Assembly: GCA_027074135.1 (NCBI GenBank)
Contig: JALTDM010000004.1
Location: forward strand, 1 to 36,942
Direction of reading: 5' to 3'
Source of the DNA: Bacteroidales bacterium
Lineage (GTDB): Bacteria > Bacteroidota > Bacteroidia > Bacteroidales > JALTDM01
DNA: 36,942 nucleotides
The notes under the pieces were generated by a model, which saw nothing but the letters and a program-made list of their open reading frames with translations, had not been told where the DNA came from and searched no databases. Both the position numbers and the translations under genes were made by a program. Positions 35,374-36,942 of the stretch are shown one piece after another; within the stretch, counting starts at the first letter, position 1; each line of letters opens with the position of its first letter.

Positions 35374-36885
35374 ATGCTTACTCAAAGAGATAAAGAATTA
35401 TTGGCAAAAAAAGGAATTGACGAAAAAAATATTGAATATCAATTGTCTTTGTTTCGCAAGAGAACCCCTTACATGAAATTGGAAAGACCTGCTGTAGTTG
35501 ACGACGGAATTCTGAAGTATGCAGATGTTGAAATTGAAAAATTTGTAATCGAGTATGATAATTTTCTTTCGGAAAGAGGTAAAAAAGTTGTAAAATTTGT
35601 ACCAGCTTCTGGTGCTGCCACACGTATGTTCAAAGAATTTTTTGCTTGTCTTAACGCAGGTTGTACGGAGTTATCCGGTTTTCCGCAAGTGAAAAAATAT
35701 TGTGATAATTACAGACGATTTGCGTTTTACGAAAAATTAAATGCCGTATTAAAGCAAAAAACAGGAAAGTCGCAAGACGAGTTGGTCGAAAGCCGCGATT
35801 GTAAAACGGTAATTAGTGCTTTGGCTACGGAGTTTGGTCTTGATTACGGACATACACCTAAAGGGTTGATAGAATTTCATAAATATAGAGACGGTAGCGT
35901 GCGAACTGCATTTGAAGAGCATTTGTACGAAGGTGTAGGTCATATTTCTTCCTCAGACAAGGCATATTTCCATTTTACTGTGTCACCTGAGTTTAATGAA
36001 GATTTTGAAAAGTTAGCGTCTGTATATAAAACATTGAATGAAACGGAACTTATAATTGATTTTTCGAACCAATATCATTCAACCGATACTGTTGCGGTAA
36101 CCGAAAACAATGAGCTTGTACGTACTCCTGACGGTGAATTATTGTTCAGACCGGGAGGACACGGTTCATTGCTCAAAAATCTTGCTTCTATTGATGCCGA
36201 AATGATTTTTGTAAAGAATATTGACAACATCTCACATGGTGATTATTTTGAAACTTCTGTGAGATATAAAAAGTTCCTCGGTGGCGTGGCGGTTGTCCTT
36301 AAAAAGAAAATTGATGAATTGCGTGGCAAATTAGATGAGGAAGGTAAAATAGCATTGCCTGAAATAAAATCTTTTTTGAATAATTATTACTTTTTGGATA
36401 CTTTTCCGCAATTTGCTACTGAAAATGAGGAGGTTTCATTTTACAAGTATTTCCTTGACAGACCTTTCCGTGTGGTGGGTATGGTTAAAAATGAAGGTGA
36501 GCCCGGCGGTGGTCCGTTTTGGGTGAGGTATAAGGATATGAATTTTTCTACCCTGCAAATTGTAGAGAAAAGTCAAATTGATTTGGAAGATGCTGTACAA
36601 AGAGAAATTTTGGAGGCTTCCACACATTTCAATCCCGTAGATATGGTTATCATTTTTGATAAAGACAGACATAACCTGAATGATTTTGTGGATAACGATG
36701 CTTATTTTATCAGCAACAAATCTTACGAGGGACAAAATATCAAGGCTCTTGAATGGCCCGGTTTGTGGAACGGCTCTATGTCGGACTGGCTGACAGTTTT
36801 TGTGGAAATCCCACTGGAAACATTCAATCCCGTAAAAGTTGTAACCGACCTATTGAAAAAGTATCATCAACCTGTGTCAGAATAA
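35374..36885 (+). CDS. UDP-sugar pyrophosphorylase-like nucleotidyltransferase fold protein (DUF4301-like), function unknown
   Basis: I place the start at ATG 35374 (MLTQRDKELLAKKGIDEKNIEYQLSLF...). KFVPASGAATRMFK, RPGGHGSL and KNIDNI resemble the UDPGP-family substrate-binding motifs. The ~503-aa length fits what I recall of DUF4301. Confidence 0.7.
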   Translation: MLTQRDKELLAKKGIDEKNIEYQLSLFRKRTPYMKLERPAVVDDGILKYADVEIEKFVIEYDNFLSERGKKVVKFVPASGAATRMFKEFFACLNAGCTELSGFPQVKKYCDNYRRFAFYEKLNAVLKQKTGKSQDELVESRDCKTVISALATEFGLDYGHTPKGLIEFHKYRDGSVRTAFEEHLYEGVGHISSSDKAYFHFTVSPEFNEDFEKLASVYKTLNETELIIDFSNQYHSTDTVAVTENNELVRTPDGELLFRPGGHGSLLKNLASIDAEMIFVKNIDNISHGDYFETSVRYKKFLGGVAVVLKKKIDELRGKLDEEGKIALPEIKSFLNNYYFLDTFPQFATENEEVSFYKYFLDRPFRVVGMVKNEGEPGGGPFWVRYKDMNFSTLQIVEKSQIDLEDAVQREILEASTHFNPVDMVIIFDKDRHNLNDFVDNDAYFISNKSYEGQNIKALEWPGLWNGSMSDWLTVFVEIPLETFNPVKVVTDLLKKYHQPVSE

Positions 36886-36889
36886 AATT

Positions 36890-36942
36890 ATGAAGAAGTT
36901 TGCTTTAATTATTTCTTATGTTTTTCATCCGGTATTTGTATT
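36890..36942 (+). CDS. 5' end of an unidentified (probably membrane) protein gene
   Basis: ATG 36890 lies 4 nt after the previous stop and reads MKKFALIISYVFHPVFV... to the window edge. Too short to classify. Confidence 0.3.
   Translation, partial: MKKFALIISYVFHPVFV

Overview
Low-GC chromosomal segment that looks like Bacteroidota. The evidence is two T9SS type-B C-terminal sorting domains, a PorP/SprF gene, a GldA-like ATPase, Gln at +1 of every predicted signal-peptidase-I site, and TAnnTTTG -7 boxes upstream of many genes. Clear housekeeping genes (uvrA, rpmH, pheT, tRNA-Ser(CGA), rnhB, metK, an MraY/WecA-family transferase, a lytic transglycosylase, an FAD oxidoreductase) are interleaved with cell-surface loci. 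(1) 1-4967: a tight minus-strand operon encoding a CTD-less Gly-rich repeat protein, a 918-aa Ig-repeat type-B CTD adhesin and PorP/SprF. (2) 16255-21095: a 1439-aa SprB-repeat/PKD type-B CTD adhesin, translationally coupled to a 174-aa secreted protein and lacking an adjacent PorP/SprF. (3) 27217-29557: a glutaminyl cyclase / SAM-methyltransferase / small secreted protein operon. (4) 29668-33044: three lipoproteins of unknown function. (5) 33045-36885: a patatin-Omp85 fusion divergent from a UDPGP-like (DUF4301-like) protein. A DUF2971 gene at 15169-16052 is broken by an in-frame TAA and a frameshift in a homopolymer run. I saw no CRISPR array, transposase, integrase or recognisable defence or toxin system. 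The best candidates for undescribed biology are the surface-protein modules, especially the Gly-rich protein attached to a T9SS cargo/PorP pair. All functional calls come from motif recognition by eye and need HMM or structure confirmation.
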